This document shows, in pieces, positions 21,130-33,575 of a stretch of 64,000 nucleotides of DNA. Numbering within the stretch: position 1 is the first letter of the stretch; every line of letters begins with the position of its first letter. The position numbers were made by a program, and so were the translations under genes. The stretch comes from Fistulifera solaris (lineage: Eukaryota), in the NCBI GenBank assembly GCA_030295235.1, contig AP026133.1, positions 496,001 to 560,000 on the forward strand, in the 5' to 3' direction. Below the pieces are notes generated by a model. That model did no database searches. It saw only the letters and a program-made list of their open reading frames with translations, and had not been told where the DNA came from.

Positions 21130-22344
21130 CTATGAACTTAATAGGGCAGGTTCTAGTGTGCCTTCCTTCGCTGCCTGTCGTAGCTTCCCCAGAGCCGCAT
21201 GACATAGTCTTCTGCAATATTCTGCTGAAACCTGCATACGCTTCCCGATCTCGACAAAGCTCATGGACTCACCCCACCTGCCGCCAGCTGGAATTTCTGA
21301 CGCACTGTAAGTGGATAGTGTCCCGAAAATGTTTTTCTCGGCTTCACTTAGATAGTTTCTTTGAGAGGGAGACGCGTACCGTTCTTCATTCAGCCCATAT
21401 CTCCAGCTCAGTGCTTCAATCTCGCGTGGACGTAAGAATCGCCCAAGAGCCTGCTTTAGCTGCTCTTTATCAGCCACGGTCAGTGACTGGGTGTTTGGCA
21501 AGCTTCCGAAGTCCGAATCGAGATCCTTGCCTTTCTGCATCCATGTCTCGAAGGATACAACGCCAGCCCTTCTTCTGCGATGAAGCTTCATCGCAGTTTC
21601 TAGCTGCTTCTCGCTGACACCGGCAGTTTCCGCGAGCATTTTTGCCGACTGTGCCTCCTTCCATGCGCTGCTACTCGCAGGGGAAATGAAACTATCTCCA
21701 TTGATCTCTAAACCGAGCGTTTTGGCCGCTCGCGTCACCTTTCGGACGGCGGCTGAAACGTGCTCGGGAACCCTAACGATATCATCTCGCTCAGCTATAC
21801 ACCGAAAAATCGCAGCTCTGATCCAGTACATAGCATAGGTGGAGAATTTACCTCCTATTTCAGGGTCCCAGCGGTCTACAGCTCTAGCCAGACTGATGGC
21901 ACCCTCCTGCACTAAATCCTCGTGAGAAAGAGATTGAAGCTTTTTCTTTCTGTTTCCCAAAATCTCATTCACCGAAAAGTATACCAGGCCCATATTCCTT
22001 GTCACTAGCTGCTCTCGCGCCAAGTACCCACGGTTCTCAATCTCCTGCATCTTCTCCAGATCATATCCAAGTGCTCGAGAAAGCTCAAGCCGCGACACTT
22101 GAAGCTTCGGTGATTTCATTGCTAATTCTTTTTCCTTCGATTTTAAAAGACGCGCTTGGACTGCTTGTTTGAGTAGCTCAGCTTGGTCTTCCGGCGATAA
22201 CCGCTCCGGTCGAGCTACATGAAGTGAATAGAATGATGTTCGTGTCATTCTTGTTTGCATCGTCGTAAAACCGGATACCGTCATTCCGTTTCCACAGAGC
22301 ATTGCGCATATTATGATCAATCTCTTTCTTGAAGGTAACGCCAT
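21130..22344 (-). CDS. Nucleus-encoded plastid sigma-70 factor (copy 1)
   Basis: Region 2 NMGLV...DLVQEGAISLARAVDRWDPEIGGKFSTYAMYWIRAAI; region 4 LRPRE..ALSWRYGL / MSFVEIG; signal peptide + VSG|F. Confidence 0.9.
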   Translation of the reverse strand: MALPSRKRLIIICAMLCGNGMTVSGFTTMQTRMTRTSFYSLHVARPERLSPEDQAELLKQAVQARLLKSKEKELAMKSPKLQVSRLELSRALGYDLEKMQEIENRGYLAREQLVTRNMGLVYFSVNEILGNRKKKLQSLSHEDLVQEGAISLARAVDRWDPEIGGKFSTYAMYWIRAAIFRCIAERDDIVRVPEHVSAAVRKVTRAAKTLGLEINGDSFISPASSSAWKEAQSAKMLAETAGVSEKQLETAMKLHRRRRAGVVSFETWMQKGKDLDSDFGSLPNTQSLTVADKEQLKQALGRFLRPREIEALSWRYGLNEERYASPSQRNYLSEAEKNIFGTLSTYSASEIPAGGRWGESMSFVEIGKRMQVSAEYCRRLCHAALGKLRQAAKEGTLEPALLSS

Positions 22345-22841
22345 AGTTTTGTTAAGATGTGATGGTTGGAGCGCTCCCTTCGTATAGTTCTCCGTATTAC
22401 TACGTATTTTATGTCAATGTTTATGGGCGATACTCGCGTCCTTTTGCGCTGACTCCGCGATCTCGGCATGTTTATTTTCAACGAAAGAGTCAGAAAGGAT
22501 GGAATACGATGCCCTAGCGCTGACGTCAAGAGTGCAGAAAAGAGTAGTTTGGGTTGAACGTAGACATTGAACACTGACTGTTTTTGTACAACGTCGGCGG
22601 ATCCGTCGACGCAGAGATACAAACAAACGGCTAGGGATAAATAGAAAGGGGTTCACCGTTCACCTAATGTTCTCTGATCGTGTTTTATGTTTTTGTAGTC
22701 TTCACAATGATTAACAGACAAAAATGATACTTTTCTATGGAAGAGCTATTTCGCTAAAGCACTGACCCGTCATCGGCGTGCTTCACAGTCTCGTCGTCAG
22801 TTTCGTAGCATGATTCATCATCGGTATTCCGCTTAAGGCGT

Positions 22842-24932
22842 CTAACCCTTCCCCCTGAATTTGCGACTGCAACTGTCCTGCTTCGCCTTCTTCAAAGAGA
22901 GTTTCTCTAGAAACTCCATGCTTTTATTGACCCTGGTCTTTAGTTTCTCAAGGCCTTTGTCCTCTTGCCCAGATTGATGATCCGAACAGTCGTTGGATGG
23001 CGCAGCTTTCGATGAAAGTGATACAACACCGGAGCCGTTCAAAGATCCTGGTTTTACTATGTTTCCAACTAAGCTTGCTAGGCTGACGGAGTGATCATCC
23101 TCGCTTGCGCTTTTTGGACGTTCTTGGTAAACTGGTAATTCGAGCGGTAGGTGCTTCGGTCTTTCGTTCTTCGCCGTTGACCGCCTTTTCGAGATTCTCA
23201 TCAAGTCGTTCTCATCACGACTCTTCTCGAAAATAGATTTAGCAGCTTTCACGGGAGCTAAACTTTCAATTTCGACTAAGCCCAACGCACCATACTGATC
23301 GCGAAACTTGGATCGATATGGTATATGCTTTCCTTGCTCCTCCCTCTTCTTCACAAGTGCATTTGACCAAGACCCTGCTGGTTCCCCTTGGGATATTTTG
23401 TTTTGAGCAGTACCCGAGACGACTGGTTGGCGGGCTAATCGAGCAAGTTGAGTAGGCTGAGCTGGGTGAGAAGAAAATTGCAGGCAGTCATCGTCTGCAT
23501 CTCCCACAATATAGTTCAAATCAGAAAATGACTCGAGTAGCGAAGCAGGTTGAGCGAAATTTGCTGCATCCTCGTCAGAAACTTCACTGTTTTGCTTATC
23601 GCTGTGTGACTTTTTCTTTCCTGCGTTCCCGCGACATACTCCTTTCCCGCCTTTTGCCAGATCTTTCTGTCCGATACGTACAGTCTTTTCCGGTAGTTGA
23701 TTGCGAGATTCGTCCATGTGCTGAACGGGAGAGACACTTGTTACTGCTTGAATTAGAAACAGAGGAGTCGCAACTTGATTTGCTGTGCTTCAATCGACGT
23801 ATCGGTTCTCTTTCCGGCTCTCCTTCCGAACAGTCTCGTCTCGACTTCGACTGTTTTGGCACGTTAACCTGGAATCCTGCGTAGCCTTGATGTCAGGTAT
23901 CTCTTGTCTTGGGCTTCGTGACCTTCGGCTCATATTATCACTATAGTTCGACAACTTCGCGCCACGGATAGAACAAAGTTCGACTTGGTTTTCGATAAAT
24001 CGAGAGTGGTTGGAATTAATCATTGACGCAACCTTTTGAATATGCCAAGAAGTCTGGGGCATTCGTTTGCTTGTAACATAGGCAGTCTTCTTATCATCAT
24101 TCTTGTCCAAGAGAAGGGCTTTCCGTCGTGAGGTTCTTTCACTGATATCGTCGTTCGGGAGTGGATTGCAGATTGTAGCCGATTTAGCCGGCTTTCTAGA
24201 TGAAGAAATGGTCTGCGACTGCTAACGGTACTTCGTTCGCTTGTTTCCTCGCTGTGATCATGTCCGCATTTCTTCTCTTTCTGCTCCTTTTGTTTGGAAG
24301 ATGTGGAGTTAGAAGAGACTTTCATCTCGCCCTTCTTTGTTGTTCGTTTTTTCTTTTCTGTCATGATTTCCTTTTCAGCTCTTCGACGAGACATTGCACT
24401 ATGTTTACCTTCGACCGGAAGACTGGGTCGAGGATTTTTTTTGTTTCAGGCTCAGTTTTCCCTTAATACTCACAGGACTCATAAAGCTCTTTTGATCTTC
24501 AATATCTCTCTCATCTGCAAAAATACCGGAGCAGTCAAAGTCATCCCCTTCGAATTCTGCCAGGCCCAATGAATCGATTGATGCATACGAACTGTGACAA
24601 TCGTTGATACTGGGATGATTCGATTGACTTCCAGGTCTCGTGCTATTGTCTTCTACGGAGCCCGAACTCCCCGAAGATGTCAATGTCAGGGACGTCGCGA
24701 CAGTGGCCCCGGATCCTTTAGGGAGTTCTCGTTTCCTCTCCAGAAAGGTAAGATCAGTTCTGTTTCGTGAACCAGATTTCAAACCTGTATCCGTCGCTCG
24801 TTGCCTCTGCACTCGATCTGACACCGTCATCACTGTGTTGTTAAATACTCCCGCTTTGAGCATCTTCACAGGTTGGTGACTGGAAGAAATTTCCAGTGCA
24901 GCCGTCAGGCGACTAACGGTACCTGAAGCCAT
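22842..24932 (-). CDS. Low-complexity Ser/Lys/Arg-rich hypothetical protein (frameshifted)
   Basis: Chain of overlapping minus-strand ORFs (24405-24932, 24020-24394, 23790-24110, 23596-23862, 22842-23717) of similar composition. Confidence 0.5.
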
Positions 24933-25599
24933 TGATGCTGATAATCAAAACAATCTTGTCCTTGCACGACGCCAACTCCAAAAATCTATTTGATCGCAAA
25001 ACGTTCCATGCACAATGGGTCTTCTCTACAAAGACGATGAGGAGATGCAAGTGTAAGACCTTTTCTGCCCTCCAGAGCAAAAATGCTACTGGTAACAAGT
25101 GGGGGAGAAATTTGTTACTGGCGAAAAACGAGGAAGAATGAAGTTCCCTACACATCGAAGCTATAGCCCATTTTTCTCATAAGGAAGTCCATACTTTGGA
25201 CGGGGGGATTTTTGAGTCACCTGTTTGTCCATTATTTCTCCCCGGGCGAATTAGTCCTCCTAGGAGTCTAACAGACGAAAATGTCAGCCTTTTGAGACGC
25301 TGAGATTGGTGCTCATTAGTTCGATACAAGAGGAATCCGTTCGGAAAAGTTCGATGTCGGCTATGTTATAGTTGACTGATCCTACCCAACGTCTGTCGAT
25401 GAGAATCCGACGATGGAGTAAAACTAGAAGCGTTTAGTCGCAACCATCATGCTTCTAGAGATACCAAACAACACACTCATTATGCCGAAAGTAATTTGTA
25501 ATGTAGCTTAATTATTTCAGGTTTATTGATCGTTGAGCTGTGTACAGTCTCACTTTCAAAAGCGCAAGAAAAGAACCCATTTCAATGGCATCCATCAAA

Positions 25600-27096
25600 C
25601 TACGAAATTGTGAGAAGGTATTCTTCAAGCGATTCCGCCTCGGCAGCTTCGCGCAATTTCTTGAGACATTGTTTGGCCAACTGATTGACTCGAGTGTAGC
25701 TAAGACCCATCGCGTCTGCGCACTCGTGCAAAGTACGAGCTCGCCCGTCGGTCAAACCATATCGCAATCTCATCAATCGTCCTTCTCGTACATCCAAGTT
25801 CCGAGCCATGGCTGCTAATATGTCGGCGTGCATTTGGGTCCGATCAGCAAGGTCCTGTTCTTCAATCGATTGTCGTGATTCTAGAGTCTCTTCGGGTCCA
25901 TTGTCGGCGCCGCTTCGGGACTGTCCCTTTATGGTATGGTCGAGAGAGAAGACGCGTTTCGCTTGCTTCATCTTGCGTTGGGTGGATAAGATCTCAGCCA
26001 CCGTTAGGCCAGTATGCGCGGCAATCTCATCGACAGGAACACAAATGTCGAGTGAACTCCTTTGCTCTTTCGATGTGTCGGACATGGAGAGGATATCTTT
26101 TGGGCTTTCAAAATCTTGCTCCACTTATTCTTCTCGCGAAGAGGTAAGCGGACAATCTCACAGTCAGGAACGTGGCTGTTCGATAAGGTACCCTTAATCC
26201 AGACCACCGCATAGGTAGAGAAGCGTAGTCCCCTCTCAGGATCAAACAGTTCAGCTGCTCGAAGCAGACCAAGACTGCCCTCTTGCACGAGTTCCTGCTT
26301 TGTCACGCCAGTCCGCGCGTATCGAGTCGACCACAGTTGGTTCACCACCGCATGAACTAGACCAAGATTGGCTACAACCAAATCATGCTTCGCTCTTCGG
26401 TAAGTAGCCACCTGTCGACGCAGTTCCTTCGATGACAAACCGGCCAAGTCTGCCCATTCTTTGTGTGTAAGTTCTCTCCCTTTTTCGAGCGCATCGGTGC
26501 GGATCTTATACAACGCAGCCCCTTCTTTAATCATGCGAGCTAGGGCTATTTCTTCTTCCGGGGTGACTCTTTTGTTCTTTGCGAAAAGCAGATCGTTCCT
26601 CTTCGATTTGTTTGCCCTGGTGTCACTCTTTTGAGTGTCGTTTGCAAGGCTTGAACTGCTTTCTGCGGTAATTGTTCGGTGATCGAAATCATGGCGATTT
26701 TTTCCATCGTAGACTCTCCATGTTTCTCCAAAAATTCATCGGGGCCTTTATCAATTAATGTCTGTACATCGGAAGGCAAAATTTCAGATCCAGTCGATTT
26801 CACAAGCTGTTGAAAACCAGAAACCGATGCTTCTACAAAAGCTCGTCATTCTCTTCGATTTGCATCGAGTCGTACATCTGGTCGAAGGCATAATAGCTTT
26901 TTGCAATATCAAAAGTGGAATCTTCGGTGGGTGATTTGGTCTCTCGATCTTCCATAACCTGCAACGAAGCATATCGTGACGGTGAGATAGGTCTCCTCGC
27001 CGCGAGACGAGGCTGCAGAGAATTAACACAAGGAGCGGTAAGCGCCGCTGCAAGAATTGCGAGCGATGCTCTACTTCGCTTTCGTTGTTGATTCAT
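25600..27096 (-). CDS. Nucleus-encoded plastid sigma-70 factor (copy 2), frameshifted
   Basis: ANLGLVHAVV...ELVQEGSLGLLRAAELFDPERGLRFSTYAVVWIKG; region 4 LDVREGRLMRLRYGLTDGRARTLHECADAMGLSYTRV; signal peptide LAILAAALTAPCVNS|L. Confidence 0.9.
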
Positions 27097-28296
27097 TGTT
27101 ATTCTCAAATGTTGTTTCGGGAGTTTGCTGGTATTATGACGTTGTCCGAACTCTCGGTGATTGCATTATTTGTAATCTGTGCTGGCTCAGCGTTCCTAGT
27201 GTGTTGTCCTTTCGGCTTGCTCAGCGGGAAAGTTTGCCAGCGATGGTCTTTTTCGCGGCTTGCGGCTATGCGTCATCCAACATGCTGGCGTTGCAAGAAA
27301 AGCGAACCGCGAGCCGCGCGCCGCGAGGGAGTGACTGACTCATTTTGTTGGCTACTGCGTGTAACAAACTCTACGATTTGCCTTCTGCTTTCGAAAGATC
27401 GGAGTTTCAAGTGACTCAAACGTGAAGTGTGAACCATAATGTATCCTGCACATGTTCTTTCTTGACCGTCAGCTGTCAGACGAATGACGAAGAATGCCAA
27501 ATGCCAACCCGCCTCCCCGACCCCGATCTAACGGTCGTTCAAACATGACTTCTTGCGCACCAATCATGGAATTCTTTCAAGAATAACACACGATAATTCA
27601 TTCAAATTGATGAAGAGGCTCTTTTAAAATTAGAAACTATTGTTTTTTTTTGCTTTAGAAGCACTTAGGCTTCCATTCATGTAGAGATTCTACAAGTCCT
27701 AAGTGTATCCCGGGAATCATTCTTGCTTCGTTTAGTCACTGTCCGTATGTCCACCTACGACATTCCTTCTTTACTTATTATTCTTTCTGCGACATTGGAT
27801 GCCATTTCATCCGGTCCGGACCTAATTGTGATCATTGATCATCGGTCGAGTTGTTGTCTCCAAAAATCATTCAGCGCGTAAGTGTTTATGTATTATCAAG
27901 TACATGCACGGACCAATTTTTATACGAAAACTTCTGGACATGGTCATAAAATGTTCATGCAGAAAGATAATACTTCAGAGCACGACTATTAATCGCTTGC
28001 TGTATGCTTGATAGCCATCAAAGATTGTGACCTTTCATTTATTCGAGTCTTTTTTTGCAAAACATCGTGCCAAACGCTCTCGAGAAGATCTACGTGCCAA
28101 TGATTCCTTTGTATCGCCTTCGATTGAGATAGCCGAGACCGCGAGTCAACTTGATGTGATGTGTGCTTTTGATGACGCAGATCACAAAAGCAGACACGAC
28201 AGAGACGGGAAGAGCGTCCCTGCAGGCTTGTGAACACATCACCACTGCAGCCCAACCTTGCTATGATCCACTTAATGTGATGGTACAAACTAAATC

Positions 28297-30357
28297 TTAT
28301 AACGCGATTCTCAATCCGATTGGGATTTCTTGAAAAGCACCCTCCGACTGTGGTTGGATACCAAAAACCCTGCAAAAGAAACAATATTCACTGCTCAATG
28401 CATGACTAACATTCTCTGGTTTGCGAAAGCCGTGCTGCTCGCCTTTGTAAATGACAAGAGTAGTTGGCAACTTTTTCGCACACAACGCTTCAAACATTTG
28501 CTCAGCCTGGTTTGGTGGTACAATCTTATCTTCGTCTCCTTGCAAAGGATAACTGGACAAGTCAGATTATTAACGAAGTTGATAGGACATCGCTCATCGT
28601 AGACATTCTTCATTTCTGGATATGGGCCGATTAGTCCGTCCAAGTATCGGCTTTCAAATTTGTGCGTTTCTTCTGCCAGAGCATTGAGATCTCCTATGCC
28701 ATAAAGCGAAGCCCCGGCTCGAAAGGTATCCCGAAACACAAGAGCAGCCAGCGTCGAGTAACCACCAGCACTGCTGCCGTCTATACAAAGCCAATCCTCC
28801 CTTGCAAGGCCTTTTGAAACGCAGTACTTCGCTCCATTACAAGCATCATCAATGTCAAGTATTCCCCAGTTACCTTGCAAGCTCTTTTGGTACGCTCTTC
28901 CATATCCTGTGGAGCCACCGTAGTCGACATCCAAGACAGCAAATCCTCTTGTAGTCCAGTACTGAATATCAAGGCGGAAAGTTGTAGATGTTCGCGCTGT
29001 TGGTCCACCGTGTGCTTTCACCAGCAGAGGCGGTTTTGCTTGTGGTGAAGAGAGACTAGGAGGATAATAATACCCGTACGCATACCCGAGTCCATTGCAG
29101 CTCGAGGGAGATGGGAATTCGATGTGTTTCGGAATCGACATTGCGGATTTCAGTTTCGTCCACACGTCTGCATCAAACAAATCAGAAGCGGGGTCGAACA
29201 CTGGGACTGCTACGGAATCTTCGACACCTGGCGTTTTCCACACCCACACTGCCAGAGGCGCTGATATCGATCCTCCGAAAAAATACAGACTTTCTTCATA
29301 TTCGGAGTAAGCCAGTGACGAGATTGAATAAGGAGGGAGACACGACCGTCCATATTCGCGAATAGAACCCGACATGAGATCGATGAAGACGAGTCTCGAT
29401 CCTGATGGATCGTCATTTCCCGAGTCCGGCGGTGGGGCATAATTCGCAACCAGCATTTGCTTATTGCCAATAAAAACAAAATTGTGGCAACCAAGAATCC
29501 AGCCACATTTTGCCTCTGAGAAATCGGCATCAATTGGATACAAACATTTCAAGCCGTTTGTATTTGCTTCCCATTTGTAAATGTTGTACCATCCTGACTG
29601 GTTGTAAAGAAAGAAAAGTTCTCCTTGAAACCATGCAGGGGAATAAACACCAAAGCTGTCATTGTGACAGGTGGAAGTGACACGTTGAGCATCAGGAACT
29701 TGATCGATCGCGAATGGTTCGATGCTTTCCTTCGATACAAAAAGGACACTGTGATCCCACGGCATGTTCGGATGGTCCCACGCAACAAAAAGCCAAGCGT
29801 TTCGAAGAACTGTCCCAGCAAGGAGACGAATAAAAATCCTTTCCACAAGCAAGCGTACGATACTTTGCCATCCCATCGAGCGAGACGGATACGATTGAGT
29901 TTTGAACGTTTGTGGGATCGGAATGATCCTCCATCACGGCCAGCAAGAACATGTCGGTCGCACTTTCGACAACTTTGAAATCGGCCAATCGACATGCTGA
30001 CTTCGTATTTGTTGCTGGAAATATTTGCATTGCATCTTTCCCTTTCGATAACCAGTAAACAACATGACTGGGATAATCCGTAACGATCACTCCGTCTCCG
30101 TGCGGCCCGACACAGAACGCTCCACCGCCATATTCGTGTACCGCGGACCGGACATTATAGAGTTTAGGATCGGAGAGACTCAGTACTCCCGAAGCTGTTA
30201 CATGTTGAATGGCCGTCTTCCCTTGGCTTTCCGGATCGTTACACGAAACATAAACGCCGAAGGTGGGCGCCGCCATCATTTCGGCGAGCGAAGACGCCTT
30301 GGATTTGCCCACCATTTCCGCGGAGATCGGCGACGTATCGTCCGTTAAAGATATCAT
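28297..30357 (-). CDS. S9-family serine peptidase (acylaminoacyl/dipeptidyl peptidase-like)
   Basis: VRSAVHEYGGGAF, WDHPNMPWD, HGGPT, DYGGSTGYGR, GSSAGG (catalytic Ser), QGDEDKIVPP (Asp), EQHGF (His); frameshifts. Confidence 0.92.
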
Positions 30358-30548
30358 GTTCTTTATGACCTCCTGTTTGATTCAAAGTTTAATGTGCTAT
30401 CAGCTATCACTTTTTGCTGTCGTTGCTGGTTGCTGTGCGCACAGAATAATAGAGGCGCGGAAAAGTAACTACTTCGGTAAGGTTTATGGTTTTTTTACTC
30501 GGAGAACTTTTTACGATCTCACTTCAAATAATTTTAGTGAAATTACAA

Positions 30549-30582
30549 GTACCGGTACCGGTACCGGTACCGTACCAGGTAC
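30549..30582. repeat. (TACCGG)n short palindromic repeat ending in TACCAGGTA
   Basis: gtaccggtaccggtaccggtaccgtaccaggtac. Confidence 0.8.
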
Positions 30583-30705
30583 TCAAAGGAGCGGTGCACA
30601 AAGATGCCTCATTTCCCATTTTCCACAAAGCGAAAAAAGCAACTTCTGCGGGAGACGCTTATATTGATATTACTCCATTTCAACGTACAAATACTACTTC
30701 AAAAC

Positions 30706-30951
30706 ATGTCTTCAACACCCGAAAAGAGCAAGAACGCAAGTGGGCATCTGTCTTTGCTGGATGGCAGTCCCTTGAAAGAAAAGCAGTCCCACAAGCTGTG
30801 CGAAGAGCAGTATGATCCTTTGCTGGAGCGAGCCAGCAAGTGGATGGCGCACCTGGAATCCATTCGTGATGACTATGCGCTCTTGAAAGTCAAAAATGCT
30901 ATTCTTTTGGACCGTCTTGTCATGGCCGGAGAAGACATTGATGAGAGTTGA
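30706..30951 (+). CDS. Small coiled-coil hypothetical protein
   Basis: MSSTPEKSK...LESIRDDYALLKVKNAILLDRLVMAGEDIDES; divergent from the peptidase. Confidence 0.45.
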   Translation: MSSTPEKSKNASGHLSLLDGSPLKEKQSHKLCEEQYDPLLERASKWMAHLESIRDDYALLKVKNAILLDRLVMAGEDIDES

Positions 30952-31005
30952 GCTGACATGAATTGTGTCGCATTGATGAGAGTTGAGCTGACATGAATTG
31001 TGTCG
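30936..31005. repeat. Perfect 35-bp tandem duplication spanning a stop codon
   Basis: cattgatgagagttgagctgacatgaattgtgtcg x2. Confidence 0.9.
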
Positions 31006-31098
31006 TTCAATGACACGAAAGAACGAGCTGCTGATTGTTTGCAATATAGAATTTGTAGACTACAAAAATTGATATCATTACTTATGCTTTATGAGCGT

Positions 31099-32285
31099 TT
31101 ACTGCGTGTTTCGTTTGACCGTAAGTGCGTTCAGTCGTCGGGCTACGCCATTGACATGTAAAAAACCAAGAACGGCTACGACTCGTCCGGGTCGTTCGCC
31201 TTGCGCCTTTGTCATGGCGATCTGACACGCGGATCGAACGCCTGCCGCCAGCTGATCATCGCGATCTGACAAAATTATTTGCGTCGCAGGCAGAGCCACC
31301 GAAAGGTACACGACAAGGAGAAACGCCAAGTTAGCGATGACAGGAAACAAAAGGCTAGCTCAAAAAAAGAAGAAAGAATATCCGCCGGAGACAGATCATT
31401 CAGCTTATCAACGCTCTCAATTGCTAAGGGCTCACTCAACAATCTTTCTAAGAAAAAACCCAACGCAACATTGATCGACTCCAACATGATGAGCGGAGGA
31501 ACAAACAGCCGTACTAAATCGCGAACAGCTGCTTTATTCCTGGTCAGGAAACGCGGAAGAGTGACGTACTGTTTCATGTTTGCGTCGCCAAGGAGGGCTG
31601 TGGTGAGTGAAACCGATTGTGTGGCGAAAAGCGATTGCTCCCAATTCTTGACTTCAACCAGGTTTTTCCATAGTGACACAGATGTTTCGGGAAGATTTCC
31701 AAGTCGATTCAAAATATCATCAACGTTTTGATCGGCAAGAAGAATATCCGAGTTGTTCGAAGATAGTCGAAGAGCGGTAGTAAACTCTAAACCAGGCTCG
31801 AGCCCTGAGAGAGCGGATTGTAGGCCCCCAACACCTCCCAATACGGCTGCGGCCGCTGCGGTGGATAACCCACGCTTTTTGAACGTCTGGGTGACCATCG
31901 ATGTGAACCGCTCGATCCACGGTTGAGGTCGCGTTGGTTCTTTATTGGGCCCCATTTCACCGCGCTTTAGATCGGCAAACCGATTGGCACAGAGTTCTAA
32001 TACAACTGCGTCGGTACGCTCTGACAGAGCAATTTCAACATCTCTTGCAGAACTCTGTGATCCATGAAAGCACCCAACAAGAATGACTTGACATCCCGTA
32101 GTCGGTTCGATTAGTTCAACGTTACTGCCCCGTGAGGATTGAAGGCGAGTTGCTGAGCAGGCATTGATTCTTTGCTCTTCTTCCAAAACAATTTGCTCAT
32201 GCTTTCCAGGATTCCTAGGTCGATTCGTCCAACTGGATACAGTCCGAAATAATAATAGACAGCAACAAAGCCGACCGAACTTCAT
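31099..32285 (-). CDS. TraB/PrgY/gumN (TIKI-like) family protein
   Basis: VILVGCFHGSQSSA, DAVVLELCANR, PGLEF..A, ILSDRDDQL, VVAVLGFLHVNGV; signal peptide; frameshift ~31360. Confidence 0.85.
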
Positions 32286-32678
32286 TTTCTTATTGTTATT
32301 TCGATTAAAATAATGATGGTAGCAAGTGGTAAAGAATGAGCTCGAAATCCGGAAATTTTCGTTTTTTCTTGTCGCTTCAACTTCCATTTCATCAGGTCGC
32401 AGTGGGACAACGACATAAGCGCTTGTGTTTTGTGTCACTTGAATCCGGTACTCAATTCACAACAAAAGTTATAGTAATTGAATCTTGTTGCAGCGCTTGG
32501 TGTTCTCTGAATTTGGCCACAAAAAAGATTTCCGTCACAATTTCATTGCCATTTTTTGGCCGATGTGATAGCGAAGAACCATCACATAGTCTTGAAAAGA
32601 TATGACAATCGTTAACAATACCTTCATAAAGAATAAATAAATCGTTTTACAAGAGTAAGAAGAGGCAAGCAATCGACC

Positions 32679-33575
32679 ATGCGTCTGACGGTATATTTGC
32701 TTGCGCTCCTCGCTGCTCATCCTTTCGAATGGATTGCTGCAGGACAGGTCAGGGGAGCCGGTGTGATGGGATTCGGTGGTCTGCTAGGGCATGGAGACAT
32801 AGGCCATCATCATGAAAACGAAGAACTTGAAGATACTGGCGCAAAATCAACAAAGAAGAAAGACGATACACACAAGGGCACTGGCAACGACTATGAAGAG
32901 TCAAGCGAGGACGGCGACGCTTTGGTGGATGATGAAGTCCCTGCCGACGACGATGGGGCTACAGATGACGTCGGTGGAACTCCACCGGATGGCGATGATA
33001 CACCAACTCCACCGGATGGATTTCAGCTGAGAGATTTATTCTTTCCATGCGAGTTAATAGAATCGCAATTCGAACTCCCAGTTTCATGCGAGCTTGATGT
33101 CGTTGATGCGCTATTATCCGAAGGAAGTGTCGGGATTACGGTGGATCTGAATGATCGAGTCTGTACGCCCTCAATTCTGAATAGAAACGCATGTGTCAGT
33201 CCTATTTATTCGGCTTACTTCGGTATCTTCAATCTTGCTATTTCTTCGAGAGTCGACTTCACCAATATTACCGTTGGAGAGTTTGCATTGGGAGATGTTG
33301 GACTAGAACTTGAAGCGTGTGGTACTGACTCGGAAACTGACAACTTCTTTTGCAGCTGCGAGGCCAGCTTCAATGGAAATGCATGCGCTTCTTGTGAAAT
33401 ATGTGGGTTTGGTAACGGCAACCCCATCACTGGGGTATCCTTTGACTGCACAAATCTGGTCCCTCTACTCTCCAGTTTTAACTCGTGCCAAGAAGTCGCC
33501 GCAATACAATCTCTGCAGGCGGACAAAATTCCAGTTTCGGTTCCCAACTTCATTAAAGAGTTGGAGTTCCGATAA
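32679..33575 (+). CDS. Secreted acidic, Cys-rich protein
   Basis: Signal peptide, His patch, Asp-rich linker, C-terminal CSCEASFNGNACASCEIC...FDCTN domain. Confidence 0.7.
   Translation: MRLTVYLLALLAAHPFEWIAAGQVRGAGVMGFGGLLGHGDIGHHHENEELEDTGAKSTKKKDDTHKGTGNDYEESSEDGDALVDDEVPADDDGATDDVGGTPPDGDDTPTPPDGFQLRDLFFPCELIESQFELPVSCELDVVDALLSEGSVGITVDLNDRVCTPSILNRNACVSPIYSAYFGIFNLAISSRVDFTNITVGEFALGDVGLELEACGTDSETDNFFCSCEASFNGNACASCEICGFGNGNPITGVSFDCTNLVPLLSSFNSCQEVAAIQSLQADKIPVSVPNFIKELEFR

Noticed and set aside
21130..27096. Bacterial contamination suggested by sigma-70, TraB, HTTM and S9 genes
   Set aside because: Several carry eukaryotic targeting leaders, and all are interspersed with intron-containing eukaryotic genes.
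27500..28290. Short ORFs between sigma factor 2 and the peptidase
   Set aside because: No motifs or consistent frame; treated as intergenic.
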